Source: Spirochaetia bacterium (GTDB lineage: Bacteria > Spirochaetota > Spirochaetia > CADAEX01). From it: DNA of 64,000 bases. Below the pieces are notes generated by a model. The model searched no databases. It had not been told where the DNA came from and worked only from the letters and a program-made list of their open reading frames with translations. The DNA is taken from NCBI GenBank assembly GCA_963662265.2, contig CAXXHA010000001.1, positions 32,001 through 96,000 on the forward strand. Reading direction: 5' to 3'. A program made the translations under genes and the position numbers. Positions 1 through 10,284 of this stretch are shown here, in pieces; position 1 is the first letter of the stretch; each line of letters opens with the position of its first letter.

Positions 1-1478
1 ACAGGAGCATCTTTAAGAACTGCCCTTGCAATTGAAATTCTCTGCCTTTCCCCTCCCGAGAGAGTTTTGCCCCCTTCACTGACAACAGTGTCATACCCTT
101 CAGGAAGAGATGAAATAAAATCATGGCAGCATGCAAGCCTGGCTGCTTTTTCAACTTCTTCATCTGTAGCATCTTTCCTGCCGATTTTTATATTGTTTGC
201 AATTGTATCGTTAAAAAGATAAACATCCTGAAATACCATCGATATATCCTTCAGAAGGAGATCAGGATTGATATTTCTGATATCTGTATCGCCAATCTTT
301 ATCCTGCCCCCCTGGATATCCCAGAACCTTGAGATCAAGCTTGTAATTGTTGTTTTACCTGACCCTGACACTCCTACAAGGGCAGTCATTGATTTTTCAG
401 ATGCAGAAAAATTTATACCGTCAAGTACATTTTCGTTTTTATACCTGAAAGACACATCTTCGAATTTAATTTCATGATTATCGGGAGGCATACAGTCTGA
501 GCTGTAATCAGGCTCCTGTGCACTGAATATTTCCTTGATCCTGTCTGTAGAATTGGCGGCATGCCTTAGCAGAACAAGAATAACACCGGCATTTTTTATC
601 GGTTCGAAAAAATAAAACCCGAGTATGGTGAATGTAAAAAGTTCATAAACTGCAATATCTCCAGCCAGAGTATATTTAACAGCATAATAAAGCATTGCAA
701 GATAACCCGCATCAAGAATAAACATGGCTATCTGAACCGGAATACCTGTCCATACTTCTGAAATAAAACTCAGCTTCTTGAGCTTAATCATAGCCCTGTC
801 AAGTTCAGAAAAACTTTTCCCCGTCATGCTGAATGACTTGAGAGGTTTTATTGTACGTGTGTATTCCAGGATTCTTGAAGATGCCCGGTTCACAGCTTCC
901 AGGTGTTTTTTCCCCAGCACCCTGATTATTATTCTTCCTGCAGTGAAAAAGAACAGGGAAACAGCAACTGCTGTAAAAAGGATAACAGAGAGCCTGAGAT
1001 TGATAAAACAGAGAAAAGATCCAAGCAGTACCGGAACAATAACTGCAGAAACAATATCAGGAAGGTTATGCGACAGGATTTCCTCTGCCTTGTTTACATC
1101 ATGAAGCATTCTTGATGTTACATCTCCCGGATCATTGTTTTTAAAAAATCCGAGACTCAGCCTCCTTAGTTTCTCTCCGAGCCTGAGCCTTACATCTGAC
1201 CCTATAGTATAACTCTGAATAAAATTGTTTCGCTGGCTGATTATTGTAAGGACTATGTATATTAAAAACGCCGCCGCATACATGTAGAAATACCTGTATA
1301 AAAGATCATAATCAAAATCCCTCTTTTCAATTACAGGGATGGAAATATTCATGATAATAAGAAACAGGATTCCTGTAAAAGCTCCGCGCGGAATATTTGA
1401 TACAGCGTTTCCCCCTATAAGACCGGCGATTCGCCACTTATAATTTTTGAAAAGCCTGTTTGTTTTTTCGTCTTTCAT
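1..1478 (-). CDS. ABC transporter permease/ATPase, IrtB/YbtQ-like subunit (3' end runs off window)
   Basis: Not in ORF track. Hand translation from ATG 1478 (ATGA overlap with the upstream gene's stop) gives MKDEKTNRLF..., a TM domain, Walker A GVSGSGKTT and signature LSGGERQRISIARA. Confidence 0.9.
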   Translation of the reverse strand, partial: MKDEKTNRLFKNYKWRIAGLIGGNAVSNIPRGAFTGILFLIIMNISIPVIEKRDFDYDLLYRYFYMYAAAFLIYIVLTIISQRNNFIQSYTIGSDVRLRLGEKLRRLSLGFFKNNDPGDVTSRMLHDVNKAEEILSHNLPDIVSAVIVPVLLGSFLCFINLRLSVILFTAVAVSLFFFTAGRIIIRVLGKKHLEAVNRASSRILEYTRTIKPLKSFSMTGKSFSELDRAMIKLKKLSFISEVWTGIPVQIAMFILDAGYLAMLYYAVKYTLAGDIAVYELFTFTILGFYFFEPIKNAGVILVLLRHAANSTDRIKEIFSAQEPDYSSDCMPPDNHEIKFEDVSFRYKNENVLDGINFSASEKSMTALVGVSGSGKTTITSLISRFWDIQGGRIKIGDTDIRNINPDLLLKDISMVFQDVYLFNDTIANNIKIGRKDATDEEVEKAARLACCHDFISSLPEGYDTVVSEGGKTLSGGERQRISIARAVLKDAP

Positions 1479-3256
1479 GCAATGATCTCCTCTTTAACAT
1501 CTTCAAGTTTCCAGTTTTTTGCATCAGTATGGGCCTTCCACATGCCTGAATATATTCCTCCGGAGGAAATAAGCTCATCATGCCTTCCCTGCTGGACAAT
1601 CCTTCCTTTATCAACAACAACTATGTTATCCGCATGAATAATTGTTGAAAGACGGTGCGCGATTACAATTACAGTTCTGTCCCTCATGACATTTGAAAAA
1701 GCATTCTGGATTTTCACCTCATTATCTGCATCCGCGTAACAGCTGGCTTCATCAAGAAGAATTACAGGGGGATTTTTCAGTATTACTCTGGCAATAGATA
1801 TTCTCTGTTTTTCTCCGCCGCTTAAATGAACATCTCCACCCTCTCCAATTACTGTGTCATATCCGTCAGGAAGAGACATTATAAAATCATGGCAGCACGC
1901 AGTTTCAGCTGCTTTTCGGACCTCTTCATCTGTCGCATCAGATCTGTTCATGCATATATTTGCCCTGACTGTATCTGTAAGCATCTGAACATCCTGAAAC
2001 ACAATTCCGACATAATTGTTAAGATTTTCGCTGCCGATTTTTTTGATATTTTTACCGCCTATAAATATTCCGCCATGCTCTGTGTCCCACATCCTTGCAA
2101 TTAGCTGCACAAGTGTGGTTTTTCCCGCGCCGCTCATACCTACAACTGCTGTGAAAGACCCCTGCTCCATCTTGAGATTGATATTTTCAAGAACATTCGG
2201 CCCCCCGTTTTTATAACTGAATGAAAGATCCCTGATTTCAACATCATATTTCTGAGGTATTTCAGCACTTTCAGGTTCAGGTAATTTCTTTTCATCAAGG
2301 ATTTCACCTATCCTGTTTCCGGCGGCAAAAATCAGTTCGCAGTGCCCGGCTATTGTCATGACTTTCACAAACTCCCTGAAACAGCCAGTACCGAGAATCA
2401 GGAACAGGGAAAACGATGCAGCATCTGTCTGCCCTGTTTTAAGAAGATAAATCCCGAGAGGTATTATAAAAAGGCCTCCTCCCAGTGTTATAGCATTAAA
2501 CATGGAGTAAAACGGTGTCTGGGATTTAGACAGCATTACAGTGAAGTCCCTGTATTTTTCAACAGATTTTTTGAGGCGGTTAAATGAATCAACAGTAAGG
2601 TTGAATACCTTGACAACCGGCATCCCCTGAACAAACTCGACTATTGTTGTATGCATGTTTTCGATTGCCTTATGATATGTGTTCCACATTTCAGATCTTT
2701 TTTTACCTCCGGTTGCAATGCCCGAATACATGAGCTTTATCATGAGAAGCCCGAGAGGAAGAGGTATCAGGGTAGCTGTGGCAAGACGCCAGTCAATAAA
2801 AAACAGGACTGTTATAGTAACAACAGGAAGAACAGTGCCTGAGATAACATCGGGAACATGGTGTGCAACAAAATTCTCGATCCTTTCAACATCCTCCTGT
2901 ATGATTTTCCTGATCTTTCCGGAGCTGTTTCCGGACCAGAAACCCACAGGGAGGTGCCCGAGGTGTTCAGTAAGACGGCTTCTTATAATGTAAAGAAGAT
3001 CAAATGCCGCTATATGGCTGAAGACAAATGATGAAACCACAAAAAAATATCTCAATATAACTGCTGACAGGGCAAAAAGCAGCATTTTGATTATTAATCC
3101 TGCTTCAACAGACGAAGCATCTGTCATAAAAACCCGGATTATATAGTAAATAAGAATAAAGGGAACAATTGCAAGTACTGCTCCCAGAGAAGCAAGTACA
3201 GCGCAGAACACAAATTCCTTTTTTTTCTCTTTAATTAAACTGAATATAACATTCAT
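1475..3256 (-). CDS. ABC transporter permease/ATPase, IrtA/YbtP-like subunit
   Basis: SHIAAFDLLYIIR motif, Walker A GMSGAGKTT, LSGGEKQR, degenerate Walker B LDEASC. Start moved to ATG 3256 behind AAGGAG. Confidence 0.9.
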   Translation of the reverse strand: MNVIFSLIKEKKKEFVFCAVLASLGAVLAIVPFILIYYIIRVFMTDASSVEAGLIIKMLLFALSAVILRYFFVVSSFVFSHIAAFDLLYIIRSRLTEHLGHLPVGFWSGNSSGKIRKIIQEDVERIENFVAHHVPDVISGTVLPVVTITVLFFIDWRLATATLIPLPLGLLMIKLMYSGIATGGKKRSEMWNTYHKAIENMHTTIVEFVQGMPVVKVFNLTVDSFNRLKKSVEKYRDFTVMLSKSQTPFYSMFNAITLGGGLFIIPLGIYLLKTGQTDAASFSLFLILGTGCFREFVKVMTIAGHCELIFAAGNRIGEILDEKKLPEPESAEIPQKYDVEIRDLSFSYKNGGPNVLENINLKMEQGSFTAVVGMSGAGKTTLVQLIARMWDTEHGGIFIGGKNIKKIGSENLNNYVGIVFQDVQMLTDTVRANICMNRSDATDEEVRKAAETACCHDFIMSLPDGYDTVIGEGGDVHLSGGEKQRISIARVILKNPPVILLDEASCYADADNEVKIQNAFSNVMRDRTVIVIAHRLSTIIHADNIVVVDKGRIVQQGRHDELISSGGIYSGMWKAHTDAKNWKLEDVKEEIIA

Positions 3257-3272
3257 AAAAACTCCTTTTCTT

Positions 3273-4088
3273 CTAAGATTCAATTCTCAGATGCACCATT
3301 AAGCAAACACCCAGCAGATCAGGAATAGACAGTATGAGTTTAGTCTTGAAACTGAGTCCTTTTTTCATTCCCTTATGCATGGGTTTTGAATCTATGACTT
3401 TTATCCTGTTATCCCATTTTTCAATGGATTCAACATCTTTCAGCCCCCAGCCACCTGAAAAACCGCCCATCCCTCCAGATTCAAGAACTTTCCTGTTTGC
3501 AATTTTCATTCCGAAAGGAGAAAGGGCGTCAAAATATATTTCACAACATCCGAAATAATCTGCTGTAGATATAAAAAATCTTTTTATTTGTTCTTCATTG
3601 AAATAACAGAATACTCCTCCCGAGATAAAGAGCAATCCGTCTGAACTTTTCACCTGTTCAAACCACCGGGTTTCGAGAAAAGAGGACGCAATGCTTATAT
3701 GCTTTTCACTGTCTTTTATAAGCTGTTTCCTGAGTTCAATAACATCAGGGAGATCCAGTTCGTAAAAAGTGATTTTTCCGTTATCTACACGGTTGAAGGT
3801 TGTATCCAGGCCGCAGCCAATATTGACAATTGATCCCTCAGGGTGCTTTTTAATAAAATCGCGAACCTTCTTATCTATATGCAGGCATCGTGCTACCCAT
3901 CCATGCTGCGACATCGACTGTGTATCCTCAATAGCTGAAAAATCGTAATCAAGTTTTTTAATGATTTCCACAGCTTTGTTATCTATCAACCTGGGTTTGT
4001 CTTTTTGAGTTTCAAAAGCTCTTCCCCATAAAGGCAGCAGAAGTGTTTCCTGTATATTGCCTTTTTCAACTTTAATTTTTCCATCCAT
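3273..4088 (-). CDS. Class I SAM-dependent methyltransferase, TcmP/leucine-carboxyl-methyltransferase family
   Basis: QETLLLPLWGRA, VNIGCGLDT and ELDLPDVIELR motifs. Confidence 0.85.
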   Translation of the reverse strand: MDGKIKVEKGNIQETLLLPLWGRAFETQKDKPRLIDNKAVEIIKKLDYDFSAIEDTQSMSQHGWVARCLHIDKKVRDFIKKHPEGSIVNIGCGLDTTFNRVDNGKITFYELDLPDVIELRKQLIKDSEKHISIASSFLETRWFEQVKSSDGLLFISGGVFCYFNEEQIKRFFISTADYFGCCEIYFDALSPFGMKIANRKVLESGGMGGFSGGWGLKDVESIEKWDNRIKVIDSKPMHKGMKKGLSFKTKLILSIPDLLGVCLMVHLRIES

Positions 4089-4201
4089 TATTAATTCCTC
4101 CGATCTTTAATAAATAAAAACATCAGGGTTGTTTTTCATGAATCCAAAGCTGACCTGCAGAAACTCTGCAAGTCAGTCTTTTTCAAAAAACTTTATGTAA
4201 A

Positions 4202-6652
4202 TTATGATCTGCTGCCCGATTCCCGGGGCAGACCTGTTTTATCAGCAGAAGTTTTTCTCCTTCTCTCCTTTAAAACCATTACCGCCGGTGTCACTAAAAG
4301 GTCGGCAGCAAGAGCTGTAAAAATTCCGGCTCCAGTGAGTATTCCGAAATGGATATAAAACTTTGCAACAGACAATGTGTAGACAGAGAAATTCAGGACA
4401 AGGACAATTGAAGTCATGATAAGCGCCGGAGTGACCCTCCGATAAGTCCTTACTATACCCTCCCGGATATTTCCTGTTTTCTGAAATTCAAACTGGGAAT
4501 GATTGATAAAATGAATAGTATCATCTACAGCAAGCCCCATAATCATGGGCATGACTGTGCATGTCATCATATCAAGGGGGATATTAAAAAAGCCCATAAT
4601 TCCCCCGACTACCAGGGCAGGGGAAATATTGGGTATCATCCCGATTAACCCTGTAGTAAAGCTTCCGAAAACAATCATCATCAGGACAGCAATGATTAGA
4701 ATTGAAATAAGAAACGCCTTTATCTGCCCCCAGGAAACCTTATACATCATGTCGGTAAATTTAGGCATTGACCCGTAAAGCACAATATTGGAACCAGGAA
4801 ACATCTCTGATGCGGTTTTCCTTATTTCGTCAAACTCCCTTATCGCCTCGCTGCTGTTGTAATACTTGAGATTGACAGCAACATGGAGCCTTTGATAGTC
4901 GTAATCGACCCATTTCTCAGCCTCCGTCCCCCCGGCATTTTCATAAAGAAGCAGAGCCTGGGCAATCATTTCCCTTGTATCAGGTATTCTGTAATATGCA
5001 CCGTTATTGCTGTTGAGAACTGAATAGATATCCTTGATTACATCAAGAAGAGATGATGTGTTTTTTGTAAGAGGATATTTTTCAATCATCTTGACAAGAG
5101 TGTCAAACTTTTTCAGGTTTTCAGGGTCTTTCGCATCATTAATGCCGGGAAATTCTATCCCCACATCATATGAATATATAGATCCCAGCGAAGAATCCCC
5201 GACATGAAGGTTTCTTTTCACATAGGGAATCCCCTCCCCCATTGAGTCCTTTATATCAAATGAAACTTCAATCATTGTGAGTCCGATTATGCAGAATACG
5301 GAGAAAACCGCATAAAAAGCTGTTATTTTTACCGGATTTTCAGTTGTCCATGTTCCAATCTTTTCCAGCATGCTGCCCCCGTACCGATTTCCGGCTTTTG
5401 CGAGTTTCATCCTGCCGGTTTTTCCGAAACTCAGGAGTGCCGGAAAAAAGAAAACAGAGAGAACATAAGTCACAGCAACCATCAGAGACGATGTCATCCC
5501 GACCCACCTCAAGGTTTTTACCTGTATAAACTGGAATGATGAAAGCGCGGCAATTGTTGTAAGAGCTGTAAACAGGAGAGGCCAGCCTATTTCCTCAATA
5601 GCGGTAACAGCCGCATCTCTCCTGTTGCCTGAAAGAATCAGGTTCTGCCTGAAAAAACTGAAAACATGGATAGAATACCCTATGGAAACAGCAAGCCCCA
5701 GAAAAGCGGGGATCAGTATCATTGAAGGATCAAACTCTGCCTTGAAATACCCCTCTATTCCAAAAGTAATTATCATTGAAGAAACAGCTGTAATAACAGG
5801 AAACAATACACCCCGCAGCGACCTGAGGCTTGCCGCAAGAACAAGAACAGACACAAGGAGGCCCAGCATCATCAGGCGGGGGGTTTCCTGAGAAAAAAAT
5901 TCCCTCTTGTCTGATATCAGCACAGGAAGCCCTGCAGCTGTGCTGTTAAGAATATCATACTTGTCCTGCCTTACTATCCGCTTGAAAATAATTCCCGCAA
6001 TATCTTCAGGATCAAGCGGCTTTGAAACATCTATCCCGGAGTAAAGCTCAGGGTTCCTCTCTGCTTCCCGCACAATATATTCAAAATGATTATTATCCTC
6101 TGTCCAGTTTTCGGGATAATTCAAAAGCCTAAGGACAAGCCAGCTTTCTCTTGAATCAGAAGAGACAAGCTTGTTTCTGATAGCAGGCTTTGAAAGGGCT
6201 TTAACTTTCAGCACTTCAAGCAGTTTCCTGTCTGAAGGTATATCATCAGGTATAAGCTGTCCGACTTCCATCCCCCAGTCAGTTCCTTCAATATATTCAA
6301 GATCTGCTATTGAAATCACATCATCAGCATACGGGACATTTTCCTCAACCTCGCTTCCCAGCTCCCTTATTTTTTCAAGTATATTCTTTTCAAATATCTC
6401 ATCGACTTCAATCAGGGCTGCGCAGTTGGTGTTGTTTCCGAAAATATCCTTGAGCCTGTTTTCAACCTTAATAAGAGGATCATTATCAAGAAACCAGCTG
6501 TCATTAGAATAGTTTGCTTTTAATCCTTTCATTCCGGGAAATGAAACTGCGACAAGAAGAATAAAAGTCAAAAGGAACAGGATTCTTTTTTTTATTACAA
6601 GCAATCCCAGGCTGCGGAATTTAATGTTAATTCTTTCTATATTTATTCCCAT
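4202..6652 (-). CDS. MMPL/RND family transporter
   Basis: 816 aa, two repeats of a periplasmic domain + TM bundle; GLAVSIGYSIH and GLAVDDTIHF motifs. Confidence 0.85.
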   Translation of the reverse strand: MGINIERINIKFRSLGLLVIKKRILFLLTFILLVAVSFPGMKGLKANYSNDSWFLDNDPLIKVENRLKDIFGNNTNCAALIEVDEIFEKNILEKIRELGSEVEENVPYADDVISIADLEYIEGTDWGMEVGQLIPDDIPSDRKLLEVLKVKALSKPAIRNKLVSSDSRESWLVLRLLNYPENWTEDNNHFEYIVREAERNPELYSGIDVSKPLDPEDIAGIIFKRIVRQDKYDILNSTAAGLPVLISDKREFFSQETPRLMMLGLLVSVLVLAASLRSLRGVLFPVITAVSSMIITFGIEGYFKAEFDPSMILIPAFLGLAVSIGYSIHVFSFFRQNLILSGNRRDAAVTAIEEIGWPLLFTALTTIAALSSFQFIQVKTLRWVGMTSSLMVAVTYVLSVFFFPALLSFGKTGRMKLAKAGNRYGGSMLEKIGTWTTENPVKITAFYAVFSVFCIIGLTMIEVSFDIKDSMGEGIPYVKRNLHVGDSSLGSIYSYDVGIEFPGINDAKDPENLKKFDTLVKMIEKYPLTKNTSSLLDVIKDIYSVLNSNNGAYYRIPDTREMIAQALLLYENAGGTEAEKWVDYDYQRLHVAVNLKYYNSSEAIREFDEIRKTASEMFPGSNIVLYGSMPKFTDMMYKVSWGQIKAFLISILIIAVLMMIVFGSFTTGLIGMIPNISPALVVGGIMGFFNIPLDMMTCTVMPMIMGLAVDDTIHFINHSQFEFQKTGNIREGIVRTYRRVTPALIMTSIVLVLNFSVYTLSVAKFYIHFGILTGAGIFTALAADLLVTPAVMVLKERRRKTSADKTGLPRESGSRS

Positions 6653-6662
6653 AATACTTTAC

Positions 6663-7433
6663 CTATCTGATTCTTCCCTTCTTGATGGAAGCAACTGTAA
6701 AAAGGCTGTCTTTAACAGGACTGTTGTACCTGATATCTGAAAATTCCATAACAGTTTTATGTTTTTCCTGGATATTCTCCATGACCATTTCCCCGGCTGT
6801 CCAGATACCGTCAATCTGCTCTATCCTTCCGCATGAAAGGACTTTCAAAAGACCGACCCTGTTGTAATATTCAACATGAACAACCATGAAATTATCCCTG
6901 CGGACCCACACCTTCTTGTATGTGTATTCCCCCTTTTCAACTGGAACAGACTTGATTACCCAGCAGTCGCGTCCTTCATAAACATCTTCACTCTCAAGAG
7001 TATGGTTATCTTCATCAACATTACGGTCTCCCATATCATCATAGGTAAAGTCAGTTCCCATGAAATAATCATTGCTGCTTTTCCCGCTGATTCTTCTTTC
7101 CTTCCTGAGGGCCGGCATATAAAGCCACTTATCATCCTCTTTTGAAACATCATCGTATTCCCAGCTCAGGAAACATGTCCCCTTTACATCTTCAGGTTTT
7201 GTAAAATACATGACTTTCTTCGAATCTTTTCCATAATCCTTGCTGTAGGAAATAACATTTCGAACCCTCCTGCTTCCCCTTTTATTGACAAGAGTCATTG
7301 TCATTGAAGAATTACGGGTATCCCCGTCATCTCTTTCATCAACCTGAACCATAATATCTCTGCCTGACAGAGCACCTGCGTAAAAAGAAGCAAACACAGA
7401 TACTGCAGCTATCAGAATAATCCGCTTAAACAT
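6663..7433 (-). CDS. Outer-membrane lipoprotein-sorting (LolA-like, DUF1329-type) protein
   Basis: Signal peptide; WLYMPALRKERRI and FMGTDFTYDD motifs; typical partner of MMPL. Start ATG 7433 after GGAGG. Confidence 0.8.
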   Translation of the reverse strand: MFKRIILIAAVSVFASFYAGALSGRDIMVQVDERDDGDTRNSSMTMTLVNKRGSRRVRNVISYSKDYGKDSKKVMYFTKPEDVKGTCFLSWEYDDVSKEDDKWLYMPALRKERRISGKSSNDYFMGTDFTYDDMGDRNVDEDNHTLESEDVYEGRDCWVIKSVPVEKGEYTYKKVWVRRDNFMVVHVEYYNRVGLLKVLSCGRIEQIDGIWTAGEMVMENIQEKHKTVMEFSDIRYNSPVKDSLFTVASIKKGRIR

Positions 7434-7450
7434 ACAAACCTCCATTTAAT

Positions 7451-7467
7451 AACGAACACAGTTCGTT
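7451..7467. promoter_or_regulatory. Putative TetR operator AACGAAC-N3-GTTCGTT
   Basis: Perfect 7-bp inverted repeat between tetR and the LolA-like gene; near copy at 33528-33544. Confidence 0.6.
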
Positions 7468-7486
7468 TTTTGTTCAAAAAAAAATA

Positions 7487-8104
7487 TCAGACAAGCACCT
7501 TATATTTAAAAAGACCTTTCCATCCCCTGTAAGAAAAAGTCATTACTTTCCTGGCTGAATCAACAAACTCATCTCCCTCTGTGCCATGCATCAGGGCCTC
7601 CCTGAAAAACTGTATCCATATTCCGGAAATATTATGCAGAACAAAGCGATCGACACTGATTTCATCAACATTAAAATGAGCTGACATCCACGGTAAAAAA
7701 CCTGCTGTCATATCTGTATACCATTCAGTAATACCATCTATATAATCTTCATATACAGATCCTGCAGAATTAAAAAACAGAAGCTTGAAAATGTTCCTGT
7801 TTTTTTCGACATATTCTATTACAGATGTTATCATTTTCAGATGATCATCAAGATCAGATATCTCTTTAGCAGCCCTGGGACTTTCAAGAAAACTCTTTCC
7901 CTTCTCAATATCAGAAAGAACAGGATTAAGTACAGCCTCAAAGAGTTCATCTTTGCTCCGGAAATAATTATACATGTTCGCAGCTGACACACCGGCCCTT
8001 TTTGCTATTCCCCGGATAGAAGTATGCATATAACCTTTCAGGCAAAACTCATCTTCAGCAGTCTTTAATATAAGATTTTTCACCAGTGTTTTTTTCCTCT
8101 GCAT
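7487..8104 (-). CDS. TetR/AcrR family transcriptional regulator (TetR-1)
   Basis: HTH TSIRGIAKRAGVSAANMYNYFRSKDELF. Start ATG 8104 after GGTGGAG. Confidence 0.9.
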   Translation of the reverse strand: MQRKKTLVKNLILKTAEDEFCLKGYMHTSIRGIAKRAGVSAANMYNYFRSKDELFEAVLNPVLSDIEKGKSFLESPRAAKEISDLDDHLKMITSVIEYVEKNRNIFKLLFFNSAGSVYEDYIDGITEWYTDMTAGFLPWMSAHFNVDEISVDRFVLHNISGIWIQFFREALMHGTEGDEFVDSARKVMTFSYRGWKGLFKYKVLV

Positions 8105-8105
8105 A

Positions 8106-8140
8106 CTCCACCCATCTAACTTAATTAGCACTATCTAATT
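8106..8140. promoter_or_regulatory. DtxR/MntR-type metal box upstream of TetR-1 operon
   Basis: AATTAG-CACTAT-CTAATT (8123-8140) plus a CTAA half-site 19 bp away (8116); -35-like TTGGCA at 8161-8166 (minus). Confidence 0.7.
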
Positions 8141-8267
8141 TTATCACCATAATCCAATTATGCCAAGACTGAACAGTGTTTTTTTTAACATTTCATTTCT
8201 TCCGTTTTTTTATGTTGCATGTTTCGACAGTTAACAACCTTGAAAGAAAAATTGAGATACAATAATA

Positions 8268-8930
8268 CTACTTGAGAATATATCTGACTGGAATTTTCAC
8301 AGAAAATGCCGTCAGCAGTTCCTGATGAAAGCTTTGTATCAACAAGCTGTCTCATCACTTTTTCTGCTGATTTTTTCAGAATACTGCTGTCATACGCATC
8401 AATTGAAAAACCCGATATTACCGAGGAACTGTTTATATGAATAATAATTTCAACAGTCCCTGTTATATTTCTTCTTCTGGCTGATGAGGGATAGCGTTTT
8501 TTTTTATTTATAAGTTCTACAAGCTCTGCAATTATTATATTTTTTACATTTACTGATGACTGCTCAGAACTGATTTCTTCTGATACTGCTAACTCAGAAG
8601 AGTCTTCTGCATTCTGACATATTTCTTCTTTATCATTAAATACTTCTTCAGGTTCTTTATCTAAAGGCTCTTCAACTGATGGCTTCTTCTCTACGGGATT
8701 TTTTTTCTCTAATGATTTATCCTCCTTTTTTTTCGGTACCGCAGGTTCAGTCTTTACAGGTTCGGATATCTTATAAACTCTTTTCAGCACTGCAGCAGAA
8801 ATATTTTTTTCTGCTTTTTCATAATACCCAGGTTTATCAGGTTTAAAAATAAAAGGAAAAGCAGATACGGAAATAAGCAGAAATAAAACAGCAGTTACTG
8901 AAATAATACTGCTTTTCCTGTCATACTCAT
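8268..8930 (-). CDS. tonB: TonB energy transducer (apparent frameshift(s))
   Basis: TM anchor, Pro/Glu/Lys-rich linker, YPSSARRRNITGTV. The canonical end SVKIPVRYILK* (TAG 8268-8270) is in another frame after the run at 8303-8306. The coupled ATG at 8930 is also out of frame. Confidence 0.75.
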
Positions 8931-9328
8931 CTCTTTTTCTTTTCTGTAGATATATAGACATTATCCCGGCCTTCTTTCCTTGAACTGTCAATTACTATAA
9001 GAAAACTTTCAAAAGGAGCTTTTTCATCAACATACAGGTTAACAGGTTTCTCCATATCTGTTCTCATAAGCTCAGCAATATTATCTTCTGTATATAAAAC
9101 ACCCTCCGAAGTAATTTTCCCTTCTCGGCTGATTGAAACTGTTACTTCAGCAGTTGATGAACCAGAGACTTCCGCTGTCTCAGAAGCTGGCAGAACTATA
9201 TCAAGCACAGGTTTTGAAAAAGTGGTCGCAACTGCGAAGAAAATAATCAGTATGAATACAGCATCGAGAAGCGGAGTAAGATCAACCCCTCCCTCAAAAT
9301 CATCGTCATGTAAAAAACCGTTATCCAC
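8927..9328 (-). CDS. exbD: Biopolymer transport protein ExbD
   Basis: VDLTPLLDAVFILIIFF motif. Confidence 0.9.
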   Translation of the reverse strand: MDNGFLHDDDFEGGVDLTPLLDAVFILIIFFAVATTFSKPVLDIVLPASETAEVSGSSTAEVTVSISREGKITSEGVLYTEDNIAELMRTDMEKPVNLYVDEKAPFESFLIVIDSSRKEGRDNVYISTEKKKR

Positions 9329-9921
9329 AGCTGCTTCCCTTTTCTTTTATCCTGCTTGCAATTCTGTAGCTGAACTCAATACAGTCAAGTTTAATCCCTT
9401 TTACCTTGAGCCCAAGGTAATAATAAAAACAGATAGAAGGTATTGCGACTGCAAGTCCCATTATTGTTGTAAGCAGAGCCTCCCATATTCCCGATGCAAG
9501 AAGGGCTGTATCTGCAGCTTCTAGAGAGAGGGAACGGAACATTGACACCATCCCAAGCATTGTCCCCATAAGCCCCATAAGGGGGGGATACAGAGGATAT
9601 AAGCTTGAGAACAACAAGAGCCCTGCCTGTTTTTATAAAATATTTATTAAAAAGATATGCAACTTCAGCCCTCAGATCTCCCGAGTGGTCAATGTGTACA
9701 CCTGCAATATCTTTAAGAACAAGCATTATAGGATTCCTGCATTCAATATCATTATCAAGAATATCTTTTTCATTATTTTCAATCCGGCTGAATTCGCAGT
9801 AAAATCCTCTTTCAACCATTGTGATAAAAACCGTGTTTTTTATAAAAAGATATAAGCTTATAAGTCCGGCAGCAGAAATACAAATTCCCGAAACCCCTGT
9901 TTTCTGGAAGAAATCAATCAT
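9321..9921 (-). CDS. exbB: ExbB/MotA/TolQ proton channel, split by a +1 frameshift in a G7 run
   Basis: ORFs 9391-9921 and 9321-9617 join as ISSVSP-LMGLMGTMLGM...GIWEALLTTIMGLAVAIP if one G of 9581-9587 is removed. Confidence 0.85.
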
Positions 9922-10123
9922 ATGCCTGCCTCTTTTGAATATGTCATATCCGGTTCAATAATTATTTCATTTTTATATTCAACTTTTAGAATTACCATGA
10001 ATATTAATTTCATTATACCTGGAACCTTTTTCCTTTATATTTTTTAAAACAAAACATAGGCATATTTTACTGCAGAACACTTTGTATTTAACAAATAATT
10101 ATATCCTGATGCGGCATACCTTT

Positions 10124-10160
10124 AATTAGATATATCTTATCTTTTTAGATAATTCTAACT
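10124..10160. promoter_or_regulatory. Tandem DtxR-type boxes upstream of exbBD-tonB
   Basis: TTAG-ATATAT-CTTA (10126) and TTAG-ATAATT-CTAA (10145), 19 bp apart; TTGACA (minus) at 10172-10177. Confidence 0.75.
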
Positions 10161-10284
10161 TTTTTATATTTTGTCAAGAGGATAACATTACATAAAATAC
10201 TTTGCAGCCGATATAATAAGACACGAGTAATTAAGTCCGGAAAAATAATCCTGAATTATAAGGCAATAAAGAATAGCTGATTGC

